From positions 1 through 64,000 of the forward strand of contig BTVY01000001.1 in NCBI GenBank assembly GCA_045863335.1: a stretch of DNA of 64,000 nucleotides, in the 5' to 3' direction. A program made the position numbers and the translations under genes. This DNA comes from Candidatus Hydrogenedentota bacterium. GTDB taxonomy: Bacteria > Hydrogenedentota > Hydrogenedentia > Hydrogenedentales > SLHB01. The notes beneath the pieces were generated by a model, which ran no database searches, was not told the DNA's origin, and saw only the letters and a program-made list of their open reading frames with translations. This document shows positions 1 to 9,400 of the stretch, piece by piece (position 1 is the first letter of the stretch; the number at the start of each line of letters is the position of its first letter).

Positions 1-36
1 ATTTATTACAGAATTCGCGGTATTCCCAGATCTGCA

Positions 37-305
37 CCCCTTCAAAGGGGGAAAATATACAATCTCGAAGTCTCGACCCACACGAACGCTACCTGCCTTT
101 GGAAAGCGTTCATTCATTCCATTCCGCGGAGCAAAGCGAACGCGTTCCGCCCTTTGACGCGGGTATCTCGCAATATCAACGCATCGAATTGCACGAATGA
201 CATCTCATTTTCGCCATCACTCTACCGCACCAGACCGCGGAGCGAAGCGAACGCAATTCCCCCTTCGAAGGGGGCAGGCCCGAAGGGCCGAGGGGGATGT
301 TCTCC
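37..305. repeat. Degenerate CCCCCTTnnAAGGGGG palindromic repeat pair (same family as the elements at 53189 and 54364)
   Basis: ccccttcaaagggggaa near 37-53 and ttcccccttcgaaggggg...gagggggatgttct at about 257-303; internal direct repeat ccgcggagcRaagcgaacgc at about 124 and 235. Confidence 0.6.
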
Positions 306-315
306 CCGCACTCGG

Positions 316-1320
316 TCACGACCCCACCCGCTGCCAGGTCTGCGTCTCGGCGGACTTCAGCGCGGCGAGGTTGACGCGCAAGGTCTGGATGCCATCCTCC
401 AACGGGCACAGCAACTTCGCCTTCCCTTCCAGCACGTCCAGATACGCATCCGCATGCGCCACATACCACGAGTCCCGGTCTTTCAACTCGTATACATGGT
501 CTTCCCAAGTCCCCTCGGGTTCGGTCATCGCACGCCACCGCTTCTGCTGCAAATCAAAACGCAGCGTGCCGCGTTCGCACACGACCGTGATCTGGGTTTC
601 ATTCGGATGTTGATACATGTTCAACGTGTAGTTCGCCATCACATCGCCGTGCCGGGCGATTACGTTCACCGTATCTTCCACGGTGACCCCCTCCAGCGCC
701 TGATGATCGGCGTCAACGGCCAATCGCGTGATCGGCCCCGCCAGGAACTCCGCCAGATTGAGCAGGTGCGTGATGGCGTCCTGAATCGCCCCGCCGCCAT
801 GTTCCCGCCGCGCGAAATACACGTCGCGATACGCGGGACGGTAGAACGGAAAATGCTGTCCAATGGACCCATACACCTGCAACGGTTTCCCGAAGCGCCC
901 CGAGTCCAGCGCCTCCTTCATACTGCGCACGCCGGGATGCGCCCGGTACTGGTACCCCACGGCCGCAATCAGCCCCTTCTCCCGCACCAGCGCCTGCAAC
1001 GCCTCGATACCGTCCAACGACGTCGACAGGGGTTTTTCGATCAGGAGATTGATGCCGCGACGCGCCACCTCGAGGGCAACGGCGACGTGCGTATGCGCCG
1101 GCGTCGCCACCAGCACCGCGCCCCATGGTTCCGCCAGGGCCTCGTCCAAGGACCCATAGGCCCCGGCGACCTCGTACTGCTGCGCCACCGCGTCCCGACG
1201 TTCCACGACCGACTCGCATATACCGACCTCCGCGCGCCCCGTCGCCAGGAAACACCGCGTGTGCCGCTCCCCAATCGACCCCACGCCCACCACCAAGATC
1301 CGATGCTTCGCGTTACTCAA
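316..1320 (-). CDS. Gfo/Idh/MocA family oxidoreductase
   Basis: N-terminal Rossmann VVGVGSIG, EKP motif (LLIEKPL), GGGAIQDAITH; TTG start with purine-rich RBS. Confidence 0.9.
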   Translation of the reverse strand: MSNAKHRILVVGVGSIGERHTRCFLATGRAEVGICESVVERRDAVAQQYEVAGAYGSLDEALAEPWGAVLVATPAHTHVAVALEVARRGINLLIEKPLSTSLDGIEALQALVREKGLIAAVGYQYRAHPGVRSMKEALDSGRFGKPLQVYGSIGQHFPFYRPAYRDVYFARREHGGGAIQDAITHLLNLAEFLAGPITRLAVDADHQALEGVTVEDTVNVIARHGDVMANYTLNMYQHPNETQITVVCERGTLRFDLQQKRWRAMTEPEGTWEDHVYELKDRDSWYVAHADAYLDVLEGKAKLLCPLEDGIQTLRVNLAALKSAETQTWQRVGS

Positions 1321-1475
1321 AACAACCCCTCTCTACCGGAAATGATCTCCGACTTGAACGCAGGAAACAGCATTCCAAACACGACACATTCTAGACCCGT
1401 GCGGAACTTTTTGGAAGATCAGCGAGGTGCCACGGGCTTCCAGCCCGTGATTCTGCAGGTAGTCAACGACAACGC

Positions 1476-1769
1476 TCACTCTCGGACATCCTCATCGCGC
1501 AGAATCTGACTGCCGCGGCGAACGGTGAGAATCTCGATACGTGTCGAGACGCTGTACAGTACGCGGTATGCCCCATATGCAATTTCGCGGATTCGTGGCA
1601 CGGCGATCTCGGGCACAACCCGGCCGCTCGCCGGATAAGCGTTCAATTGCTCTACCCGATCAAACAACTCTTCCACCCAACGTACCGCCGCGTCGGGATT
1701 GTCGCGCGCAATGTACGCGGCAATCTCCTCGACCCGTTCCAGCGCCAACGGCGACCACGCGATCTTCAT
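1476..1769 (-). CDS. Type II toxin, RelE/ParE family
   Basis: 97 aa, WSPLA..YIARDNPDAA..YPASGRVVPE..YRVLY pattern; start overlaps the antitoxin stop (ATGA). Confidence 0.88.
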   Translation of the reverse strand: MKIAWSPLALERVEEIAAYIARDNPDAAVRWVEELFDRVEQLNAYPASGRVVPEIAVPRIREIAYGAYRVLYSVSTRIEILTVRRGSQILRDEDVRE

Positions 1770-2047
1770 CGGGTGATCTTCTTGAGTACCTTCGCTCGCG
1801 CGCGTTCATGGGGTACCCCTTTCCCCGCTGCGAGTTGTTCTTCCGCTTGATAGACCTCTTCGAGCATTTCGAGGCGCTCCCGCATGCGCTCGTACTCGCC
1901 CGCTTCCACCAAAACGGCAACGCCCCGTCCCCGTTGGGTCAACACCATCGGACGTCCCGTTTCCCGAATCTGTTTCACAAAAGACGCGACCCCCGCCCGA
2001 AACTCCGACAATGGCCGGATATCCTGATCGACTCTGAAGCTCGGCAT
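1766..2047 (-). CDS. Type II antitoxin, Phd/YefM family
   Basis: IRPLSEFR..TGRPMVLTQRGRGVAVLV..EYE; ATG at 2047 with GGAGG RBS. Confidence 0.88.
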   Translation of the reverse strand: MPSFRVDQDIRPLSEFRAGVASFVKQIRETGRPMVLTQRGRGVAVLVEAGEYERMRERLEMLEEVYQAEEQLAAGKGVPHERARAKVLKKITR

Positions 2048-2089
2048 GTACACCTCCTTGCACTATTTAATGTACACGTAATTGTACAT
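2047..2089 (-). promoter_or_regulatory. Probable TA autorepression operator (TGTACA boxes)
   Basis: ATGTACA-CGTAAT-TGTACAT at 2070-2089 (TGTACA at 2071 and 2083, 12 bp apart) plus a third TGTACA at 2047 touching the start codon. Confidence 0.75.
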
Positions 2090-2293
2090 CAGAAGAGCAC
2101 AAGACGCAACGCCAAGACGACCACCGGACAAACCGAAAAGCACCTCAAGAAGGGGGAATTCTGTCGCGCCCCCACGCGTGAAAATATGAACCAAACAGGC
2201 GAGCCGAACGTAGTATCATCACCTATGAATTCATACGAGACGTAGTCGAGTTTGGAAGCGCGCCCAGTCGGCGGATGCCAGAGGGGGAGCATT

Positions 2294-3067
2294 ATGATAC
2301 CACGTGATTCGACTATTCGTCGCATTGCAGCGGGCACGCTCGCCCTACTGCTTGCGGGTGTTATCATACTGTTCGGACTCGCCGGTTGGGGAATGCGCGC
2401 GGACGACTTCCGGGCGGCGACAAACCTCAAACTCCTCGGGATTTCGCTCGCGATGTACGCGCAGGACGACTACTACCCCGAACTCTCTCCCGAACCCCGC
2501 CTGCTCATGTTCAAAGGCGAAACCCTCTTTCCCGAGTACCAATCGGACGTCTCCATCCTAATCAGTCCCGCGGACCCAAACTACACGCAGGATGACAGTC
2601 TGCCTCCGGAAGCCTACGTTCTTGATCACTCCAGCTACTGGTATCTCGGCTATGTGGTCTGGGACGACGAGACAGTCGAAGCATTTGCTGACGCGTACCG
2701 CCAGCGGATCGAACAAGAGTCGGGGTTCGGTACCGACCTTCCTGTCAACCTACCGATTGAACGGCTGACACGCTTGGACGGCATGCTGCGACGTCACGGA
2801 TTCATCACAGACGACGATAGCCAGCAACCCAAATGGGAGTTCCTGCGCCACCGCGACGCCGAGATCCCCGTGCTGATCGAGCGCCCCCACCCCTACCCCG
2901 GCCCGCTCGGCCTCTGGCTCGGCATGCCCGTTCCCCTGTCCAAACCTGTCATCGGCGGCTGCGTCCTCTACAAAGACGGCCACACCGAATTCATCCCCTA
3001 CCCCGGCAAATGGCCCATGACCGAACGGACGATCACCGCGTTGTCCTCGCTCTCCGCTGGCAGCTAA
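2294..3067 (+). CDS. DUF1559-like / H-X9-DG-type membrane-anchored hypothetical protein
   Basis: N-terminal TM helix, ATNLKLLGISLAMYAQD, C-terminal GGCVLYKDGHTEFIPYPGKWPM; ATG at 2294 after GGGGAG. Confidence 0.65.
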   Translation: MIPRDSTIRRIAAGTLALLLAGVIILFGLAGWGMRADDFRAATNLKLLGISLAMYAQDDYYPELSPEPRLLMFKGETLFPEYQSDVSILISPADPNYTQDDSLPPEAYVLDHSSYWYLGYVVWDDETVEAFADAYRQRIEQESGFGTDLPVNLPIERLTRLDGMLRRHGFITDDDSQQPKWEFLRHRDAEIPVLIERPHPYPGPLGLWLGMPVPLSKPVIGGCVLYKDGHTEFIPYPGKWPMTERTITALSSLSAGS

Positions 3068-3115
3068 CTCCGCGCCAACGATGTGCCTGGGGCTTCCAGC
3101 CCGCGATTCGGCAGT

Positions 3116-3230
3116 AAGGAGCATGGGCGTCCCGCCCGTGTTCTTGTTCCTGCAAATACCTATCCAAGCCTGAGCATCAACCTGTCCGAAGCATGGTCGA
3201 GGGTCCACGGGCGGGACGCCCGTGCTCCTT
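3116..3230. repeat. REPIN-like inverted pair of palindromic REPs
   Basis: aaggagcatgggcgtcccgcccgtg (3116-3140) versus the reverse complement of 3206-3230: 24/25 identical. Confidence 0.75.
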
Positions 3231-3399
3231 GAGACCATGATTTCTGTTTGTCTTCGGCTGTCCTACCTCGGCTACTCGCCAACCAGCTTCTCGATGCAAC
3301 GCTCCGTGCAATATCTTTAAGGAGAAGTCTGCTCATGAAAACGACACAGCCCCCTCTCATCCTCGCACTCGTCTCGGCAAATCCACCGCGTCCGAGCCG

Positions 3400-3750
3400 A
3401 TCATCAATCATCATTCCGCATTCATCATTCTGCACCCCCCCCTTGAATCGTCACAGAATCGTAGGACGCACCCTCCGAATCACCAAGGCCGCCGCCATCA
3501 CTCGGTTTCCGCACAACTTGATGTCCGAGGTAGATTTACAGAAGCGAGATCTTCCAATCCGCAATCCGCAGTCCCCAATCCGCAATCGACACCCCCCCTT
3601 GAATCGTCAAAAAAAACGAAGGGGTGTTCCCTATTGAGTATCGAACTCGGCAGCCCAAAGAGAATCATGGGCAGGATGCCCATGGCACCTCGAAGACTTG
3701 GGCAGGGATGCCCAAGGCACCTCGGGGAGCTTCCGGGCAGGATGCCCGGT
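3400..3750. repeat. Composite repeat tract: heptamer runs, a direct repeat and three GGGCAGGATGCCC REP-like palindromes
   Basis: (aatccgc)n at about 3555-3588; acccccccttgaatcgtca twice (about 3434 and 3590); gggcaggatgccc variants at about 3669, 3700 and 3735. Confidence 0.65.
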
Positions 3751-3776
3751 TTGCGGAGAACTTGCGCAATCTGCGA

Positions 3777-4832
3777 TCACTCCCGCTCGACCGGATCACG
3801 CTCCAGCGACGTGCCCAGCGCGTTGAGCTGCGCCATGAACTCCGGCGGAATCACGCCCGTGGCGCTGATGGGGACTTCCCAAGTCACGACGCCGCCGTCG
3901 CCGATGATGCGGCGGGTGATGGCGATGACGGTGTCGTCGGAATAGCGCGGGGGGCTGCCGGCCCACTGCGGGCCGAGGAAACTGAGCATCTGAAACTGGG
4001 CGCCGTTCAGCCAGCGGCCGGGACATTGGACCTTCTCGGCGTCGTTGATTTCGCCGGCGGTGTAGTCCTCTTCGGAGGACAGCGTGATGACGGGGTCGAA
4101 CACGCCGGGGTTGAAGGCGACGACGCTGTCCGGGTTTCCCGCACGGGCGGCGCCGGCGAAGCTGGCGAAGTTGGGCGGCTCGTCGTGTCTATACATCGCG
4201 ATGGGGTAGTAGCACCCGTCGAACCACCAGCCGGACACCTTCGTGCCCCAGCGGGTCGACCATTCCGCGATGACCGTTTCCCACTTCCGCTGGAACGCGT
4301 CGAAGCGGGGGTCGCCGCCGTCGGGTCCCCCTTCGGGATGGCTCCAGATGGGGTACTTGCCCGGCGCCCATTCGAGGGCGGCCATGGCTTTCGGGTCGCG
4401 GTCCGGCGCGCCCGCGGGCAGGTAGACCATGAGCCGGATGTCACGCGCCGCGAGCGCGTCCGCAAGGTCCGCGACGAGATCGCGCCGGGAACAGGTGCTC
4501 GGGTCGTTGCCGACGAAGCGGTCATAGGCCGCGTTGGGCGAACAGTAATAGCCGGAATTCTGGCCGAGGGTCAGCACAAAATACTTGGCATGCACGGAAT
4601 CCAACTGGTCCGCCAGCGCCTCCACGTCGAATCGGTCGACCACCGCGTTCCAGTTCTCCGGAGTGGGTTTGAGGCCCTTCAACGCGATATCGGAGAGGTA
4701 ATGACAGAACACGCCCCATTGCGCCTCGTACATCCATTCCGCCCGGTTCGAATTCGGCACCGGCGAGTCCGGTTCCTGCGCACCAGCCCCCATCAGTCCC
4801 AGCGCCAGAACGAGAAGCAGCCTCGTCGTCAT
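3777..4832 (-). CDS. Secreted glycoside hydrolase, alpha-L-fucosidase (GH29/GH107)-like TIM barrel
   Basis: Signal peptide MTTRLLLVLALG; WGVFCHYL, FDVEALADQL, YFVLTLGQ, RDLVADL, GWWFDGCY. Confidence 0.7.
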   Translation of the reverse strand: MTTRLLLVLALGLMGAGAQEPDSPVPNSNRAEWMYEAQWGVFCHYLSDIALKGLKPTPENWNAVVDRFDVEALADQLDSVHAKYFVLTLGQNSGYYCSPNAAYDRFVGNDPSTCSRRDLVADLADALAARDIRLMVYLPAGAPDRDPKAMAALEWAPGKYPIWSHPEGGPDGGDPRFDAFQRKWETVIAEWSTRWGTKVSGWWFDGCYYPIAMYRHDEPPNFASFAGAARAGNPDSVVAFNPGVFDPVITLSSEEDYTAGEINDAEKVQCPGRWLNGAQFQMLSFLGPQWAGSPPRYSDDTVIAITRRIIGDGGVVTWEVPISATGVIPPEFMAQLNALGTSLERDPVERE

Positions 4833-5066
4833 GACCTGTCCCCCGTGTTCGTTCATCGGACAAATCCTGCATCGTTGGACGCTCGCTGCGATCGGTTTCA
4901 CCGCCGGCGATTGAAAAAGTCGCACCAGGATGCATTGCCGCCTCCGCGGGAATTCATCCTGTCAAGAAACGTGTCTTCGAAGCTATCCAGAGTCCAACCA
5001 GCCGCCGGAAGCAGTACGTGCCCGACCCGCTTCACCGCGGGTGCCGCGTCAGACGAATTGACAGGA

Positions 5067-5321
5067 CTACTTCTTCTTCACGGCCACCCGGTACAGAATC
5101 AGCAGCAGCACCGCGCCGCCGATCGCCAGCAAAAGGCTTCCGATATTGAACCCGGTGACTGTGCCCAGCCCCAGGGTGGAGCCAATAAACCCGCCTACGA
5201 AGGCTCCCGCGATTCCGATCAAGATCGTCACAATAATCCCTCCGGGATCCTTGCCCGGCATGATGAATTTTGCGAGCGCGCCAACAATCAATCCCATCAC
5301 GATCCACGATAGAATTCCCAT
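5067..5321 (-). CDS. GlsB/YeaQ/YmgE family (transglycosylase-associated) membrane protein
   Basis: MGILSWIVMGLIVGALAKFIMPGKDPGG, typical 84-aa family sequence. Confidence 0.92.
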   Translation of the reverse strand: MGILSWIVMGLIVGALAKFIMPGKDPGGIIVTILIGIAGAFVGGFIGSTLGLGTVTGFNIGSLLLAIGGAVLLLILYRVAVKKK

Positions 5322-5404
5322 GGCTCACCTCCCGGATCCGTTCGCCCTGAATATCGACGGCCCAGCGCTTGGGTTCGTCAGCGGAACAATGTGGCTTGAT
5401 TATA

Positions 5405-5917
5405 CTACAAATCTCGCCGTGCCGGCCGATTGACGTCGATTGCGAAGGCCTCCCTTTCGAACCAGTTGTCCCAATACGCGCGGCGGCCGCGAAGAACCTG
5501 CCACAGACTCGACAGCGCGTACGCGGGAAGGAAGAAAGGTCCCCAGCGCTCGTACTGCCGCACATGCACCAGCTCGTGCTCACGGGATGCGGTAAGCGCC
5601 GATTCGCTGACGCCGATAACAACGTGGCCGAGAGTCATCGCGTTGAAGGACAACATGCGCGGCAAGGAAGCGATGGCCCGGCCACCCCATCCCCCGCCAA
5701 CCTCGACAACGCCGGACACCACCCGCGCGCGTCCGCCCAGGCTCAGCAGGATCAAGGCCGCGAGCGCGCCCAGCAGCGTATTCGGCGATGCCCACGTATA
5801 CGCGGCGGCGCGAGCTACCATTTCACGGAAGTTCTTTGTCGGCTTGGTAACGCAAGGGCTGGCACCACCTTCCGTCAGGGTCACTGTGATAAGGTGCGGC
5901 GTACGATCCTCGCTCAT
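5405..5917 (-). CDS. Hypothetical protein with HExxH motif (DUF4157-like)
   Basis: AMTLGHVV..HELVHVRQYERWG..NWFEREA; true start may be nearer 5821. Confidence 0.65.
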   Translation of the reverse strand: MSEDRTPHLITVTLTEGGASPCVTKPTKNFREMVARAAAYTWASPNTLLGALAALILLSLGGRARVVSGVVEVGGGWGGRAIASLPRMLSFNAMTLGHVVIGVSESALTASREHELVHVRQYERWGPFFLPAYALSSLWQVLRGRRAYWDNWFEREAFAIDVNRPARRDL

Positions 5918-6009
5918 GCACCTGCCTCATCGACCACGCAGGTCATCATCATGTCTATATTACAGCCTGGTCGGCTCAGTTGGCTCGATAGAGTCTACCC
6001 GCCGGGCGG

Positions 6010-6381
6010 TCAAACGGTATCGTCCACCTCCTCAATAACCTTCACAGCCTCTGCGCGAATGAAGATCCGCGCGCCGGTCGCGGTTTCGCAGACAACCATC
6101 TGTGAAAGCGAGAACGGAATGCCTCCCTTCGCGGAGCTTTGATCTGTGAAGCCAACAAAACGAACGCTGGCGAAAATCTTACCGCTGTTCAGATGTACGT
6201 TTACAAGTCTGCCGTCCTTAATAAAACGCTTCAGCTTCACGATGTCGAAACTGCGTGAGCGGCCCTTGATATATCCCACGGTGGTAAAAAATACAGTCAA
6301 GACCATAATCCCAATACAGATGGCGGCCACGAAGCCGAACACTTGGTAAAAAGTTTCCATGGGTTTGAAGTTGCCTTTCAC
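6010..6381 (-). CDS. Hypothetical membrane-anchored protein (lower GC)
   Basis: N-terminal TM helix followed by a small beta-rich domain; AT-richer codons. Confidence 0.5.
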   Translation of the reverse strand: MKGNFKPMETFYQVFGFVAAICIGIMVLTVFFTTVGYIKGRSRSFDIVKLKRFIKDGRLVNVHLNSGKIFASVRFVGFTDQSSAKGGIPFSLSQMVVCETATGARIFIRAEAVKVIEEVDDTV

Positions 6382-6681
6382 CGTCTCGTTACATCATTCA
6401 GAACATCTTGGAATCACTAATCTGCGTAATTGCGCCCCGGCTCCCCAATCGCCTAGGCCGTTATTCCTCAATATCGGCAGTAAAAGCGTTCAGCTGTCGT
6501 ATGTAACCGAAGACAGATTAGGGCAAAGTAATGAAAACTGTCAATGGACGAATGCCTTCCGGTTTCTATCCAGCGTGTCGTGGATGAGTTCCGTAGTCAG
6601 CGCCTTGACGCATCCGTTTACTGCCTCAATTGTGAATGCGTGCTTCCCTGGGTTACTGTTTTGGTTGGGGAGGGCAAAGCA

Positions 6682-9144
6682 ATGTATCTGATGTGTACGG
6701 TGATTTACGCGGCGGCAATTATTGGTGCGACACCTGCGCCTGCGGCGATGGATGAAGCGCGGCAGTGGGCGACGGCGAAGTTTTCCGGGGCGGTGGCGAC
6801 GAGCGATACCGCGCAACCATCGTTACACGTCATCGCGAACAACGATCCCGTGCAGCAGAACAGCCGCAACGGCAAGCCAATGCGGATGGGCGGGCAGCAA
6901 TACTCGCGGGGATTGTTTTGCCACGCCAATAGCGAAGTGATCGTGCAAACGGGCGGCCCGGCCAGGACGTTCCGCGCGGTCGTCGGGGTGGACTCGAACG
7001 ACCAGACCTCGGGCGGTCGCGGCAGCGTCGTCTTCGCCGTGCGCGTTGGCGGCAAGGAGCTGTGGCGGTCAGCATTGCTGCGCGAAGGGATGCCGGTGGT
7101 GCCGGTGGAGGTCGCGCTGGACGGCGCGACCGAATTCACGTTGATCGTGGAAGACGGCGGCGACGGGATCTCCTGCGACCAGGCGGACTGGGCCGACGCG
7201 GAGGTGGAACTGGCCAACGGCGACGTACTTTCGCTTGGCGACATCCCCATCGTGGCCGCGCAGAAGGAACCGTACACGTCGGAGCCGTTCTTCTCGTTCA
7301 CGTACGGAGGCGTAGCGTCGAGCGAATTCCTGAAGAACTGGAATGCGAAGCGTTCGGAAAAGCGAATCGACGAGGCGCGCACCGCGTATACGATTACGTA
7401 TACCGATCCCAAGACCAAACTCGAAGTTCGGTGTGAAGGCATTCACTATGCCGATTTCCCCACCGTCGAATGGACGGTCTACCTGCGCAATGACGGCGAC
7501 GCGGACACACCGCTCATTACGGACCTTCGTGCGATCGACACGCGCATCCAGCGAAGTAGTGCCGATGAATTCATCCTGCACCACCACACGGGCGACAACT
7601 GTACCGCGAACAGCTACGAACCTCACGCTGCGTCCCTCCAACCCAATGCGAGTCTGACGATTGCCAATGCGGGCGGGCGGCCCACGCAGCACAACTTCCC
7701 CTATTTCAACCTTCAGGCCGGTCAGGAAGGCGTTGTCTTCGTGGTCAGTTGGGCCGGACAGTGGACCTCCGACTTCGTGCGCGACGGCTCCAACGGCGTG
7801 ACCCTGCGGGCGAAGCAGGAGGATACCGAGTTCGTCCTGCATCCGGGCGAGGAAGTGCGGACGCCCATGATCGTGCTCCAGTTCTGGCGGGGCGACAGGG
7901 CCCACGCGCAGAACGTGTGGCGTCAGTGGATGATCGCGCATAACATACCGCGCCCCGGCGGCAAGCTGCCTCCCCTCCCCCAGCTCGCCGCGTGCAGTTC
8001 CCACCAGTTCGGCGAAATGATCCACGCCAACACGGAGAACCAGATTTTCTTCGTCGACAGTTATCTGAAGCACGGCATGAAGCTCGACTACTGGTGGATG
8101 GACGCGGGCTGGTACATCAACGAATCCGGCTGGCCCCAGACCGGCACCTGGGAGGTCGACCGCGGCCGTTTCCCGAACGGTCTCCGCGAGATCTCCGACC
8201 ACGTGCATGCGAAAGGCATGCGGACGCTCCTGTGGTTTGAACCTGAGCGGGTCGCCAAGCAGACCTGGCTCGCCGACGAGCGCCCGGATTGGGTCCATGG
8301 CGGGACCAACGGTGGTCTCCTGAAATTGGGCGAACCGGAAGTGCGCGACTGGTTGACGAACCACGTCGATGATATTCTCGTCGACGAAGGCATCGACCTG
8401 TACCGTCAGGATTTTAATATGGACCCCCTGAATTTCTGGCGGGAGAACGACGCGGAAGATCGGCGCGGCATCACGGAGAACCGTCACGTCACTTCGTATC
8501 TTGCCTATTGGGACGAACTCCGCCGTCGTCACCCGGACATGCTGATCGACTCCTGCGCCAGCGGCGGCCGCCGCAATGATCTCGAAACCCTGCGCCGGGC
8601 AGTGCCGTTGCTGCGCAGCGACTACATCATGGAACCAGTCGGAAATCAGTGCCATACCCACGTTTTGTCCGAGTGGTTCCCCTTCTACGGCACGGGGACG
8701 TCCAAGACCGATCCCTACCTCGTGCGCAGCGTGTTGTGCCCCCACTTCATCGCCTGCTGGGATATGCGCGACGACGCGCTCGACTTCGACAGACTATCGC
8801 GTGAGATCGCCGACTGGCGGGACTACGGGAAGTATTATTTCGGCGACTACTACCCGCTGACGCCGTACACGCTCGCGAACGATCAGTGGATTGCCTGGCA
8901 GTTCCACGACGACTCGTTGCGTGGCGGATTCGTGCAGGCCTTCCGCCGCGACGCCAGTGTGTACGAGTCGGCTCGCCTCCCGCTCCACGGTCTCGACCCG
9001 GCAAAGCGGTACGCCGTACACGACATCGACACGCCAGACGATACCGCCACGTTCAGCGGCGCAGAGCTGCTTGACGCCGGACTGCCCGTCGCGATGCCGG
9101 AACGCCCAGACGCTGTCATTCTCGTCTACCGCGAGGCGGACTAG
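6682..9144 (+). CDS. Secreted alpha-galactosidase (GH36-like) with N-terminal NPCBM/NEW2 domain
   Basis: Signal peptide; NPCBM motifs (RGLFCHANS, GSVVFAV, DGGDGISCDQADWAD); WWMDAGWY, LLWFEPE, YRQDFN, IDSCASGGRRND. Confidence 0.88.
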   Translation: MYLMCTVIYAAAIIGATPAPAAMDEARQWATAKFSGAVATSDTAQPSLHVIANNDPVQQNSRNGKPMRMGGQQYSRGLFCHANSEVIVQTGGPARTFRAVVGVDSNDQTSGGRGSVVFAVRVGGKELWRSALLREGMPVVPVEVALDGATEFTLIVEDGGDGISCDQADWADAEVELANGDVLSLGDIPIVAAQKEPYTSEPFFSFTYGGVASSEFLKNWNAKRSEKRIDEARTAYTITYTDPKTKLEVRCEGIHYADFPTVEWTVYLRNDGDADTPLITDLRAIDTRIQRSSADEFILHHHTGDNCTANSYEPHAASLQPNASLTIANAGGRPTQHNFPYFNLQAGQEGVVFVVSWAGQWTSDFVRDGSNGVTLRAKQEDTEFVLHPGEEVRTPMIVLQFWRGDRAHAQNVWRQWMIAHNIPRPGGKLPPLPQLAACSSHQFGEMIHANTENQIFFVDSYLKHGMKLDYWWMDAGWYINESGWPQTGTWEVDRGRFPNGLREISDHVHAKGMRTLLWFEPERVAKQTWLADERPDWVHGGTNGGLLKLGEPEVRDWLTNHVDDILVDEGIDLYRQDFNMDPLNFWRENDAEDRRGITENRHVTSYLAYWDELRRRHPDMLIDSCASGGRRNDLETLRRAVPLLRSDYIMEPVGNQCHTHVLSEWFPFYGTGTSKTDPYLVRSVLCPHFIACWDMRDDALDFDRLSREIADWRDYGKYYFGDYYPLTPYTLANDQWIAWQFHDDSLRGGFVQAFRRDASVYESARLPLHGLDPAKRYAVHDIDTPDDTATFSGAELLDAGLPVAMPERPDAVILVYREAD

Positions 9145-9162
9145 CAGCCGGTGACATACGTC

Positions 9163-9249
9163 CTGTAGCGCCCGGTTTCCATGCCGGGCGGAACTCGAAG
9201 CCGCAGTTCTGCAAAAAATACGCCCGCCATGGAAGGCGGGACGCTACAG
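9163..9249. repeat. GTAG-type REPIN (copy 1)
   Basis: ctGTAGcgcccggtttccatgccgggcg ... cgcccgccatggaaggcgggacgCTACag; arms identical to those at 45475-45563. Confidence 0.8.
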
Positions 9250-9400
9250 ATTGCCGCATGCGGACTTTCGCCTCGGGCTATCAGTCGGAACGATATTGAG
9301 GGCAATTCGTTGCGCCTTCCGCAGCGAAACCGCTATACTATCGGTTCGGCGTGTTTTAGCGTCGCATTTCGTAAATCACAATAACAACAGGGGATATACC

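Noticed and set aside
154-1509. Long ORFs antisense to real genes (154..1509, 3624..5312, 7069..8745, 37601..39139, 43719..45425 and others)
   Set aside because: Shadow frames typical of high-GC DNA; the opposite strand encodes recognisable family proteins.
3160-3683. Short ORFs in the repeat tract (MQNDECGMM.., CGLGTADCGL)
   Set aside because: Translations of heptamer repeats and REPs, with no protein-like signal.
1400-6700. Integron cassette array
   Set aside because: No integrase and no convincing attC (RYYYAAC..GTTRRRY) sites seen; genes are on mixed strands.
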